The notes beneath the pieces were generated by a model that was not told the origin of the DNA, did not search any database, and was given only the letters and a program-made list of their open reading frames with translations. Both the position numbers and the translations under genes were made by a program. DNA of 64,000 nt from an uncultured bacterium (GTDB lineage: Bacteria > UBP4 > UBA4092), in assembly GCA_964644695.1 (NCBI GenBank), contig CAZXWN010000002.1, positions 62,001 to 126,000 on the forward strand, read 5' to 3'. Position 1 is the stretch's first letter. Each line of letters begins with the position of its first letter. This document shows, in pieces, positions 9,161-17,991 of this stretch.

Positions 9161-10507
9161 TTACTCCAGTCGCAGTAATCGTTTGGCGGATTTGAAGGCG
9201 CGGAACATAAATTTTGACCTTATGGCTTTCAGGTCCGCCTGCGCAGCATCTCTGTCTCGGATGGCTTGTTCAAACTCAGCTCTTACACGTTGATGTTCAC
9301 CCTGTAACCATTTGTAAGCGCCCATCTCTGCTTCCAGATGCCGGATATGTTCGGAGGCCTGTTTTAGGAACGAAGGATTATGTTCTCGACGGGTAGGTTC
9401 CTCCATAAAATCAGACAGGGGGGTGATTGCTTTTTCCCAGGTAAATTTGTCGCGTACGAGTTGTTGCGCATTCTTTCCGTATTCTTCCACGATTTCAGGA
9501 TGTTCTAAAATTTGTTCGGTGACTTTTCGAATTCCATCTTTATCATTTGGATTGACGACCCAACCCGCCTTGTATTCGCGAATGGGTTGTGCCAGTTCCA
9601 GATAATCACCGTAAATGACTGGTAACCCACACCAGAGATATTCAATTGTCCGGGTGGTGAATGCCAGTTCTCGTTCGGTATTCTTCCGCATGATATCCAC
9701 GGCAACAGCTGATTGTGTATATAACTGAATCAATTCATCATGGGGTATCATGTCATGGAAAATCACACGCTCACCGGCTCGAACGGAGTCCCGCAGGTCA
9801 TTGTACTTTTCCCCGGTGATTTGCACTGTTGGATGTTTCCCGATATAAAGGTCGAGCTGTCCCTTTTTATACTTATTTAGGGTCTCTGCCACAGTGTTTA
9901 ACGCCAGACTCGGGTCCTGCCAGGGCCACGCTACTCCCCCAAACACAAATCGGGGTTGTTCAGGATTTTTTTTGAACTGAGGCAGGTCAGATGATAATGA
10001 TACGGGGACTGTATCGATTCTGATATCTTTAGGGTCCACCCCTGCCAACATCAGCCATGCCCACCAATAATATTTCTGACGGTCTCCAGCGCAGACAAAA
10101 TAATCCACATTTTCAAGTGTTCGGAGCTTCGTAAGGACATTAGTCCGGAAATCTCCTAACTGCCGATAACTGTTTTCAATAAGCAGGGATCCGTGTAAAT
10201 CCATGACCACCGGAATATCAATCGCGTCCAGAGTACAAGCGGATGGCCATTGCTGGAACAAGGCTACATCAGGTTGAATCATCTGGATGAAGTTATTCAG
10301 GTTTTCCTGACGATGTGCGTTTTGCCGGATTTCCTCGGAGGGATTGGGCAGGCGTTTCAACACATCCTCGTGAAGAGAGTAAATGACCTGATGCCCGTGA
10401 GCCTCAAGCCCTTTCATGAGGCCCCAGGTACGCAATCCCCCGCCACCAACGGCGAGGCCGAGTCCCGGGACAACTTCGTGTGTAATGTAAAGTATTTTTC
10501 TTTTCAT
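9161..10507 (-). CDS. Divergent GT4 glycosyltransferase with C-terminal coiled coil
   Basis: GGGLRTW at N-terminus, AFTTRTIEYLWCGLPVI, FTW; charged helical tail. Confidence 0.82.
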   Translation of the reverse strand: MKRKILYITHEVVPGLGLAVGGGGLRTWGLMKGLEAHGHQVIYSLHEDVLKRLPNPSEEIRQNAHRQENLNNFIQMIQPDVALFQQWPSACTLDAIDIPVVMDLHGSLLIENSYRQLGDFRTNVLTKLRTLENVDYFVCAGDRQKYYWWAWLMLAGVDPKDIRIDTVPVSLSSDLPQFKKNPEQPRFVFGGVAWPWQDPSLALNTVAETLNKYKKGQLDLYIGKHPTVQITGEKYNDLRDSVRAGERVIFHDMIPHDELIQLYTQSAVAVDIMRKNTERELAFTTRTIEYLWCGLPVIYGDYLELAQPIREYKAGWVVNPNDKDGIRKVTEQILEHPEIVEEYGKNAQQLVRDKFTWEKAITPLSDFMEEPTRREHNPSFLKQASEHIRHLEAEMGAYKWLQGEHQRVRAEFEQAIRDRDAAQADLKAIRSKFMFRAFKSAKRLLRLE

Positions 10508-10544
10508 ACGGATTCCGATGGGTATCTGTTTCGTTGATTATAAA

Positions 10545-11885
10545 TTAGATAGAGCGGTTAAGCAATTTCCGAAAATAATCTCGAGCCAATTCCCAGGGCT
10601 TTTTCTGGGAATGTGGTGGCTCTGCGGGGCTTTGTTCAATCAGAACTATTTTATCAGGTGACAGGGTTGGATGCTTCATCCATTCGCGCAAATCCCGAGT
10701 AGTTTTTTCAAAGGTATAGTGGTCCTGGATGTATTGTTTTCCTCGTATTCCTGTTTGCCTCAACTCCTCCGGATGATTTACAGCTGTTCTGAGGGCTTGA
10801 ATAAACAGTTCGGGACTGCCGATGGGGACTGTCAGTCCCAGGTTTTCCCGGGAGATTACCTCGGAAATTTCAGTGCCGAGGGTGGTGAGGACAGGTAATC
10901 CACATTTCATCATGTGGATTAGACGGTTTCGGGCACCGGTCAGGGTCTCATAATTGAAAGTATCCAGACTGATTCCGAGGTTGGATTCAAAATAATACTC
11001 ATGGATATCATCCGTCGGTACCCAGCCCAGGAGATGGTATCGGTCAAGGTATTTACTGGTCTTGATCAATTCTTGGAACTGGTGATAGGTATCTTCGTTG
11101 TGATGAGGAATCGCTCCTCCAGTTGATACAAAATGAACTTGCGGATATTCCGCCATCAATGTTTCAAGGGACTGGAACAAGAGAGCCACATCCGTCCAGG
11201 TGTTATATCCCCCAGACCAAAGAATAACGAAATCCTTTTCTTTGACATGGGTTCCCCGAATGACTCTTTTTTGTGGCTGATACTCACAATGCTCGACGGA
11301 ATTGGGAATCGGAGTTGCAAAGGAATATCCGAAGGTATGACTGTTCAACCGGCGGAGTACGGCCAACTCCCCCAGTAATAAATACATTTGTGGGAGGGAG
11401 ACCGTAGAGAATTTATCACCAGCCCGGAGACAGGCTTGTTCCTGTTCCCAATAAACAGAAATCATTTTATTGCTTTCATCTAAAGCCGCTTTGGCCTGGG
11501 CTTCCATCATCAGAGACCCATTCAGGTCCAGCCAAAAAGGTTTATCTGTTTTCAGTCGGGAGGCGACGGAGGCCGGAAAGGTATTGATTCCCAGGATGGC
11601 ATCTGGCTTAAACGAGTCATGGATAGATTGAAGTGTTTCCGTATTCACATACCGGTCAATATGTCCGATTTTGTGCCAGGTGAGCCGGTCTTTCTGAATG
11701 ACCTCATCAGAGATATTCATTTGTTCCTCTTTTGGAGGAGGAACTTGTCCAGTAAAAAGGCATATCTCATGACCATCATCAAGCAAGGGTTTGGTTAAAT
11801 GCCAGGTCCGAAGTCCCAAGGCAAACAGGGTGTTCCCGGTATCCATGGGAAGTGGATGTGCTCCAACGATGAGTATCCGGCTCAT
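10545..11885 (-). CDS. Divergent GT4 glycosyltransferase
   Basis: GLRTWH, WSGGYNTWTD, GARNRLIHMMKCGLPVL; close paralog of 11882..13141. Confidence 0.82.
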   Translation of the reverse strand: MSRILIVGAHPLPMDTGNTLFALGLRTWHLTKPLLDDGHEICLFTGQVPPPKEEQMNISDEVIQKDRLTWHKIGHIDRYVNTETLQSIHDSFKPDAILGINTFPASVASRLKTDKPFWLDLNGSLMMEAQAKAALDESNKMISVYWEQEQACLRAGDKFSTVSLPQMYLLLGELAVLRRLNSHTFGYSFATPIPNSVEHCEYQPQKRVIRGTHVKEKDFVILWSGGYNTWTDVALLFQSLETLMAEYPQVHFVSTGGAIPHHNEDTYHQFQELIKTSKYLDRYHLLGWVPTDDIHEYYFESNLGISLDTFNYETLTGARNRLIHMMKCGLPVLTTLGTEISEVISRENLGLTVPIGSPELFIQALRTAVNHPEELRQTGIRGKQYIQDHYTFEKTTRDLREWMKHPTLSPDKIVLIEQSPAEPPHSQKKPWELARDYFRKLLNRSI

Positions 11886-13141
11886 GATTTACCTCCGGAA
11901 TAATCGGGAGCATGAGAAGGAGATTCAGCCCACTTCTGGAGTTCGCGGGTGGTGACAGTATCGGCCCAGTGTTCTTTTATGTATTCTTTTCCTTTGAATC
12001 CCATTTGTTTGATTTCGGAAGGATGGTCGGCGGCCCACAGAATTTTGTCAGCCAAATCTTTGGCCGAACCCCGTTGGAATGTCAGGGCCAGTTGGTTCCG
12101 AGTCAGTTCTTCCATTACTTCAGTTCCGGGAGTGGACAGGACCGGGAGTGATAATGACATCATGGCATTTAGACGATTTCTGGCACCAAACAGGGTCTCA
12201 TAATTATCCCCATCCACATTCAAACCGAGATGGCTTTCTGTATAGATAGGGGGGATATCGGAGCCATCCACCCAGCCCAACATCGTGAATCTGTCCTTAT
12301 ATGGGCTGGATTGGATTCGGTTCAGGAAGTCGGGATAAGTTTTATCATCATGACCGGAGATGGCACCCCCAGTCGATACAAACCGGATTCGGGGATTTTT
12401 CTCCATGGCCAACGTTAATCCCTCAAACAATGTGGGGATATCGGTCCAGGTGTTATACCCTCCGGACCAGAGAACAACAAAATCCGAATTGGATACACCC
12501 TGTCGGGATAATACCGGTGGTCCGATGACAGGTTCTTCATGATTTACGGAATTAGGAATGACGGTCAGAAAATCATATCCAAAAGACTCCCGGGTCAATC
12601 GTCCCACTGCCGCCAGTTCACCGATGCAGGCAAACTTCTGCGGTGTGGAAACAACGGATATCCGGTCCGCTCGTTTCAATACGGGTTCTTCCTGTTTCCA
12701 GAAGTGTTCCAGGAAATGGTCATCTTGATATCGATGAGCCTTGGCCTGGGCTTCTGCCATAACCCAACCGTTCAGGTCTGCCCAAATGGGGGCATTGGTA
12801 TTCAGTCTGCAGGCCTGACCTGAGGCATGCGTATTGATTCCAATGACCGCCTCCGGTTGAAACGCATCACAATGCATTTGTAAATAGGGCAAATCCATAA
12901 AGACATAGAGTTCGTTCACTGAATAATAGGTAAAATCAGGAATCCCCGTTGGAATTTCCATGATTTGGGGAAGGTTCTCCTCATGATGAGGATCCGGGAG
13001 TTGCATGGCGATCAAATGGACAGTATGTCCCGCCTTCAGGAGGGGTCGTATAAAATGCCAGGTTCGGAGCGAAGAGCCATACGCCCGTTTTCTCTGTTCA
13101 AAGGGTAATGGACCTACACCCAGGACGAGCAGTCGGCTCAC
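11882..13141 (-). CDS. Divergent GT4 glycosyltransferase
   Basis: SLRTWH, WSGGYNTWTD, GARNRLNAMMSLSLPVL; GTG start overlapping the upstream stop. Confidence 0.82.
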   Translation of the reverse strand: MSRLLVLGVGPLPFEQRKRAYGSSLRTWHFIRPLLKAGHTVHLIAMQLPDPHHEENLPQIMEIPTGIPDFTYYSVNELYVFMDLPYLQMHCDAFQPEAVIGINTHASGQACRLNTNAPIWADLNGWVMAEAQAKAHRYQDDHFLEHFWKQEEPVLKRADRISVVSTPQKFACIGELAAVGRLTRESFGYDFLTVIPNSVNHEEPVIGPPVLSRQGVSNSDFVVLWSGGYNTWTDIPTLFEGLTLAMEKNPRIRFVSTGGAISGHDDKTYPDFLNRIQSSPYKDRFTMLGWVDGSDIPPIYTESHLGLNVDGDNYETLFGARNRLNAMMSLSLPVLSTPGTEVMEELTRNQLALTFQRGSAKDLADKILWAADHPSEIKQMGFKGKEYIKEHWADTVTTRELQKWAESPSHAPDYSGGKS

Positions 13142-14268
13142 AGAGATTTATTCTCCTCAGTCACAACTTTCCCTTCCTTATCCAGGAATTTGATATGGAA
13201 AGAACGGTCGGTGATTTTACGCATCCCTTTACCCATGCATTGGGCGCAATTCACATCTGAACGAGTGGTATTGACCATTTTACGGAAATTCTGATAGGTG
13301 TCACTGTTCCAGATATTTTCAAATGACTGGGTATTGAGGTCTCCCAGTTTTATATCATTGACGCAACAGGGTCCGATATGTCCATCTGACCGGAAATAAA
13401 CAAATTCCCAGGGTTCATAACAGGGAATCATACCGGAGTCGGTGGATTCTTCCTGTCTGGCTTCCTCGAAGGATTTAGGAATCACCAATTCTATCCCCAG
13501 TTCCTGAGCCAATGCTTTGGCATCGCGGAAAACCTTATTACCCAAATCCTGGTCAAAGAACAGGGATTCTTCCACCAGTTCTTTCCGGTACACAATCAGA
13601 TAATCTCCGGATACTTTCTGGACTCCCAGAGAATGGGCCAACCGAATAAAATCAAGGAATTCTTCTGCTGTTCTGCGATAGAAGGTATAGGCCATTGTAA
13701 TGACCGGTGTCGGTGAATTTAACTGTTTCTTGAGTTCTACCAGTCCCCGGATGTTTTCGATGATTCGTTCAAACCCTTGTACTCCCCGGACGAATTTATA
13801 GGTTTCCGGTGTGGCCGCATCGATGGAGATATACAATTCATCCAGACCCTGGGTAATCAATTTTTCAGCGTTTTCCCGGGTTATCAGGAGGCCGTTAGAA
13901 ACATATTTAGTGAGAATGTGGTCGGGAATATCCGACAGAATATCAAAAAACCGTTTATCCACCAGGGACTCACCAAAACCAAAGACAGATATTTCTTTCA
14001 GGTGCGGATAAAGTTCCCGGACTTTCGCCAGCACTTCATCGGGGATATAGGTCCGTTTTCCTTCAAACCAGGACTGCCCACACATGGAACACCGAAGATT
14101 ACATTGATTGGTTATTTCCAAATAACATCGGGTGGGCCAGGATTTTAAGACAGGTTGATTTCCCCGACTTTCCTGGAAATTCAGTTCTTCATTATTAGGA
14201 AGTGCCGGTTTCTTAAGAAACTGGGACTCCATATATTTGACCCATTGGGTGAATATGTTTTCCGGCAT
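13138..14268 (-). CDS. Radical SAM protein with SPASM/twitch domain
   Basis: CNLRCSMC motif; C-terminal CYEPW...DGHIGPCC...IWNS...CAQC. Confidence 0.92.
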   Translation of the reverse strand: MPENIFTQWVKYMESQFLKKPALPNNEELNFQESRGNQPVLKSWPTRCYLEITNQCNLRCSMCGQSWFEGKRTYIPDEVLAKVRELYPHLKEISVFGFGESLVDKRFFDILSDIPDHILTKYVSNGLLITRENAEKLITQGLDELYISIDAATPETYKFVRGVQGFERIIENIRGLVELKKQLNSPTPVITMAYTFYRRTAEEFLDFIRLAHSLGVQKVSGDYLIVYRKELVEESLFFDQDLGNKVFRDAKALAQELGIELVIPKSFEEARQEESTDSGMIPCYEPWEFVYFRSDGHIGPCCVNDIKLGDLNTQSFENIWNSDTYQNFRKMVNTTRSDVNCAQCMGKGMRKITDRSFHIKFLDKEGKVVTEENKSL

Positions 14269-14323
14269 GATGTCCGATTATTCCTTTTATAGATAACTCA
14301 TTATACAGGACTGACAGGGAACT

Positions 14324-15775
14324 CTATTGCTTCACTGCGAATAACAACAAGACATCTCCTATGTTGCCCTGATTGATCCGAGAACGAACCAGATCGTTCA
14401 GACGGAGTCTGTCCCAGGTATGCCGCCAGGTTTCAATGTCTATTCCTACATAAGATTTTATCTCAATTACCCGGAACCCACAGGATTCCAGGAGGGATGT
14501 AATAGATCGGTTCCCAAAGAAGAATAGATGGTCATGGTCGCTGAACCATGGATCTCCTGCCAATAATCGGGGAAGACTTTCACTGTTGGGAGTCCGAATA
14601 AACAGGCCTCCACCGGGTTTGAGGAGGCGACAGGCTTCTGTCAGGGTCTTTCGAGTGTCTGGCAAATGTTCAATGACATGGGTCAAAGTGACCAGGTCAT
14701 AGGATTGTGCTGGGAAGTGAAGGGTATCTAAAGTCCCTTGTTGGACTGAAAAACCCATTTCCTGGCAAAATCCGACTGCGGATGGAGAGAGTTCCACACC
14801 GTCGGCTTCCCACCCTCTGGAGATAAATTCAGCAATCAGTCCTCCGGTGGCACATCCGACATCCAGCATTTTCCGAGGTTTCTTTTGTTCCAGGTCAGAT
14901 AATCCAGTAGATTCTAACCATTGAAATACCAGAGAAAACTGTTTCCCGGTGGGGAGAAATAAATCGCCTCCTGATTTCATGGAGTCCTTCCATCGCCGGA
15001 AGATATCACGGGCAGGGTCCAGGGAAGCCGCAAAATACTGGTTTCCATACCAGGATTCTACCTCTTGAAACTCTGGTTGAGGATAGACATAGGGAATATG
15101 GCAGTTTTGACAGATTCGGACCGGCCGGTCCTGGTTGGCTGAGTCTTTCAATAACAGCCGGGTTTCCTTATTCCCACAGAGGGGACAGGATGGTTTTCCC
15201 TTCCATAATCCCCTGAGGATATCCAGAGGACTTTGATGGGTAGTGGATTCCTTCTGAACCGGTTGCCGGTCAAGGGCATTATTGAGCCAATCTCTGATTT
15301 TTTCAATAATATCTGGATTGGAAGAAAATTCAGACCCGGGGAAAGCCAGGAGATAACTGGCTAATAAACTTAATTCGGGGTCGTGGGCTGCCCATCGGTA
15401 ATGGTCAAAACATTTATGACGGTCCCCCATCATTTCATGCAAGACCCCAATATTCAGGTGCAGGGGAGAAGGTTCTCCGAAGGGGGCGACTTTCAGGTAA
15501 TGGGACAGGGCTTCCGAATACTGACCCAGGGTGACGCGAAGATTACCCGTAAGGATATTTAAGTCCGGGTCCTCCGGGTGGAGTGTCAAACCTTCGTGGA
15601 GGACCTCCAGTGCTTCTTCGTATCGGCCCCGGAAAAGAGTCCAGTCTAGGGGATTCTGAAAATTGAATTTGGCCAGGTGACTGGACAAATAGCCTGTCTC
15701 TGAGAAAGGTTCTGGTTCATGGGACAGTTGCCAGGCCTTTTGATAAAAGGAGTGTTCTGGCGGGGGGGTGCTCAT
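14324..15775 (-). CDS. TPR + zinc-ribbon + class I SAM-dependent methyltransferase
   Basis: TPR-like helices, CPLC...CQNC, LDVGCATG, HVIEHLPD, LKPGG..TPN. Confidence 0.85.
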   Translation of the reverse strand: MSTPPPEHSFYQKAWQLSHEPEPFSETGYLSSHLAKFNFQNPLDWTLFRGRYEEALEVLHEGLTLHPEDPDLNILTGNLRVTLGQYSEALSHYLKVAPFGEPSPLHLNIGVLHEMMGDRHKCFDHYRWAAHDPELSLLASYLLAFPGSEFSSNPDIIEKIRDWLNNALDRQPVQKESTTHQSPLDILRGLWKGKPSCPLCGNKETRLLLKDSANQDRPVRICQNCHIPYVYPQPEFQEVESWYGNQYFAASLDPARDIFRRWKDSMKSGGDLFLPTGKQFSLVFQWLESTGLSDLEQKKPRKMLDVGCATGGLIAEFISRGWEADGVELSPSAVGFCQEMGFSVQQGTLDTLHFPAQSYDLVTLTHVIEHLPDTRKTLTEACRLLKPGGGLFIRTPNSESLPRLLAGDPWFSDHDHLFFFGNRSITSLLESCGFRVIEIKSYVGIDIETWRHTWDRLRLNDLVRSRINQGNIGDVLLLFAVKQ

Positions 15776-16704
15776 TGATGTCCTTTATTCTTCAGGTATT
15801 CATGTTTCCGGCTGTTATCTTGAAGGGAGATATTCCACCGGTTTAGTAATAAAAGGGGAAACTTGATCAGATTAAACAGATAAGCCTTGATTAAGGGTAC
15901 AAATTCAATGTTATTTCGGGGTATCCGTTTCATCCATCGGTATTCCGGTTCAATGGCATGAATCAGTTGTTCAAAGGTGAAGTTTCTCATCATGAACCGC
16001 ATACGATTCTTATGATATTTATAGAAGAATCCGGAACTGCCCATCCCGGTATTTTGGGATTCATGGTGGATGACGACTGAACCGGGTACATAGACGACAC
16101 GGTAACCGGCTTTTCGGGCTCGGAAACAATAATCTGTTTCCTCAAAATAGATGGGCCAGAATCCCTCATCCAGAAAACCGAGGATTTGGGTCACTTCCCG
16201 GCGGATGGCAATGGCGGCTCCGGTGACATAGGCCGTATCCATCAATTTATCCCACTGTCCGTTATCTATTTCATTCTTTCCATAGTGGTTGGAGAGTCCA
16301 TGTTCATTGATCAGACCTCCTGCGTGCTGGATGGTCTTTCCATCAGGATACAGGAGTTTACATCCGGCAATTCCGATATGAGGGTCTGATTCCATTGTGG
16401 TTACAAGTGCTTTGACCCAGCCGGGATGGACGGTGGTATCGTCGTTGAGCAGTATCAGGATATCTCCGGTGGCATTAGACATTCCCACATTGTTCCCACC
16501 GGCAAACCCCCTGTTTCGAGGCAGGGATATCAATCTTACCTGTGAAAATTCCTGGACAATCAATGGGGTTTTGTCTGAAGAGCCATTATCCACCACAATA
16601 AGTTCCATGTTGGGATAATCCGTCTGGATCAAGGAATCCAGACAGGCCCGAATGACCTTTTCTCCGTTCAGAGACAAGACGATAACTGATACTTTAAGCG
16701 ACAT
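15772..16704 (-). CDS. Glycosyltransferase family 2 (WbbL/rhamnosyltransferase-like)
   Basis: VVDNGSSD, NRGFAGGNN, LLNDDT, VTGA and YFEETDYC motifs. Confidence 0.9.
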   Translation of the reverse strand: MSLKVSVIVLSLNGEKVIRACLDSLIQTDYPNMELIVVDNGSSDKTPLIVQEFSQVRLISLPRNRGFAGGNNVGMSNATGDILILLNDDTTVHPGWVKALVTTMESDPHIGIAGCKLLYPDGKTIQHAGGLINEHGLSNHYGKNEIDNGQWDKLMDTAYVTGAAIAIRREVTQILGFLDEGFWPIYFEETDYCFRARKAGYRVVYVPGSVVIHHESQNTGMGSSGFFYKYHKNRMRFMMRNFTFEQLIHAIEPEYRWMKRIPRNNIEFVPLIKAYLFNLIKFPLLLLNRWNISLQDNSRKHEYLKNKGHQ

Positions 16705-16857
16705 AATATCCTTTTGACTGCAAATTAACCCTGAATAATTTCCGTCGGTTCATCGTAACTTATGACATGGGATACAGTCAAACAATTCCTTGGATAAAAT
16801 TTCCCGATAAATTTGTCTTCCCCCTCTCAAAACCCCCTCATAATCCTCCACTATATC

Positions 16858-16902
16858 CGACTCATCCACGGACCTGCTCGGACTCACTCCGTGGATTCTT
16901 CG
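16858..16902. repeat. 45-bp near-palindromic intergenic element, copy 2
   Basis: CGACTCATCCACGGA-CCTGCTCGGACTCAC-TCCGTGGATTCTTCG; lies between divergent genes. Confidence 0.9.
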
Positions 16903-17077
16903 TTTACCTGACGAAGCAGAAACGAAGAGGGTGGGTCTGAATTGTCATTCTGACATATAGCCGATGTCTGGAAATGGGTGTTTGCCAGCCTTTTCTATCC
17001 AAACTTGTTTGTGAAATAAATTTTATGTCTTCCTTTTATCTGAATGTAAAGTATATCTAACCATCTGGGATACAATC

Positions 17078-17106
17078 TTGACAGTTACAAAGTGCTGGCT
17101 GATACT
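17078..17106 (+). promoter_or_regulatory. Putative sigma70-type promoter for the secreted-paralog array
   Basis: TTGACA-17 nt-GATACT, 30 nt upstream of ATG 17136. Confidence 0.5.
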
Positions 17107-17135
17107 AAAGCGAATAATTACAGGAGGCTGGGTAG

Positions 17136-17921
17136 ATGAAACGATATGGAGTGCTTTTCTTATTTCTGACTGTTTTTATGCCGTTTGTTTTTGCGACCGG
17201 TGAATCCGATAACATCACTGGAATCAATGTTCCTGATGTTATCTGGGGATATGATTCAACATTAATTACTACTCGAATGGTTGTTAATGAAAATGGAGTC
17301 GTCTATAAGATTGAAAGCAAAAAAGATATTAATAAGCAAATTGCTGGAAAGAGGCTGCCCAATAGAGTATTTATTGAAATTGGGGTCTTTCCCAAAGCCG
17401 AAGCAGCCGAAAGAGTTCTCCAAAACACTTTAGGAAAAATATCTGTATCAATCCCAAAATGTAATTACATTGGGGATAACTCTGTTCTTTCGATAGTTTA
17501 TTCAGACCCTACTATAGGAAATTTTTATGGTCGGAGAAATAATGTATATTTTTCCGTATCAGGCCCTGATGCGATTGGCATTGCGAAGCACATTGATGAT
17601 TCTTTGGTAAAAGGGCTTCAAGGGGTTACAAAAGGTAAGAGTGTTAATGTTTCCTTCATAACTGGTTTAGATAATAAAGTGTTTGAATATTCTGGGGATC
17701 CAGTTGTTGGAAGCTTGGACATGAAAGATTGTTTTATTGGTGGAAGCCCGCTGTTGTTTGTAAGAAAAAAAGATAATGATGTGATGTCTGTCGTTGAATA
17801 TTACGGAGACCCTGGCCGGTCCTTTAGTGAAGATTCCATCAAGCTATACATATCAAACTCTCAAAATGTCATTTCCTCTGTTACTGTTATTGTCAAAAAT
17901 AACCGAGTGGCAGGTAAGTAA
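17136..17921 (+). CDS. Secreted protein of unknown function, paralog 1 (one repeat unit)
   Basis: AGGAGG RBS, signal peptide, and ITGI...RNNVYF...IAKHID unit shared with the two downstream genes. Confidence 0.85.
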   Translation: MKRYGVLFLFLTVFMPFVFATGESDNITGINVPDVIWGYDSTLITTRMVVNENGVVYKIESKKDINKQIAGKRLPNRVFIEIGVFPKAEAAERVLQNTLGKISVSIPKCNYIGDNSVLSIVYSDPTIGNFYGRRNNVYFSVSGPDAIGIAKHIDDSLVKGLQGVTKGKSVNVSFITGLDNKVFEYSGDPVVGSLDMKDCFIGGSPLLFVRKKDNDVMSVVEYYGDPGRSFSEDSIKLYISNSQNVISSVTVIVKNNRVAGK

Positions 17922-17991
17922 AATATTTGATTTTATGTATGGTTTTGAATTTATGAATTATTAAGATGACTTTTTACAGGAGGCTGGGTAG

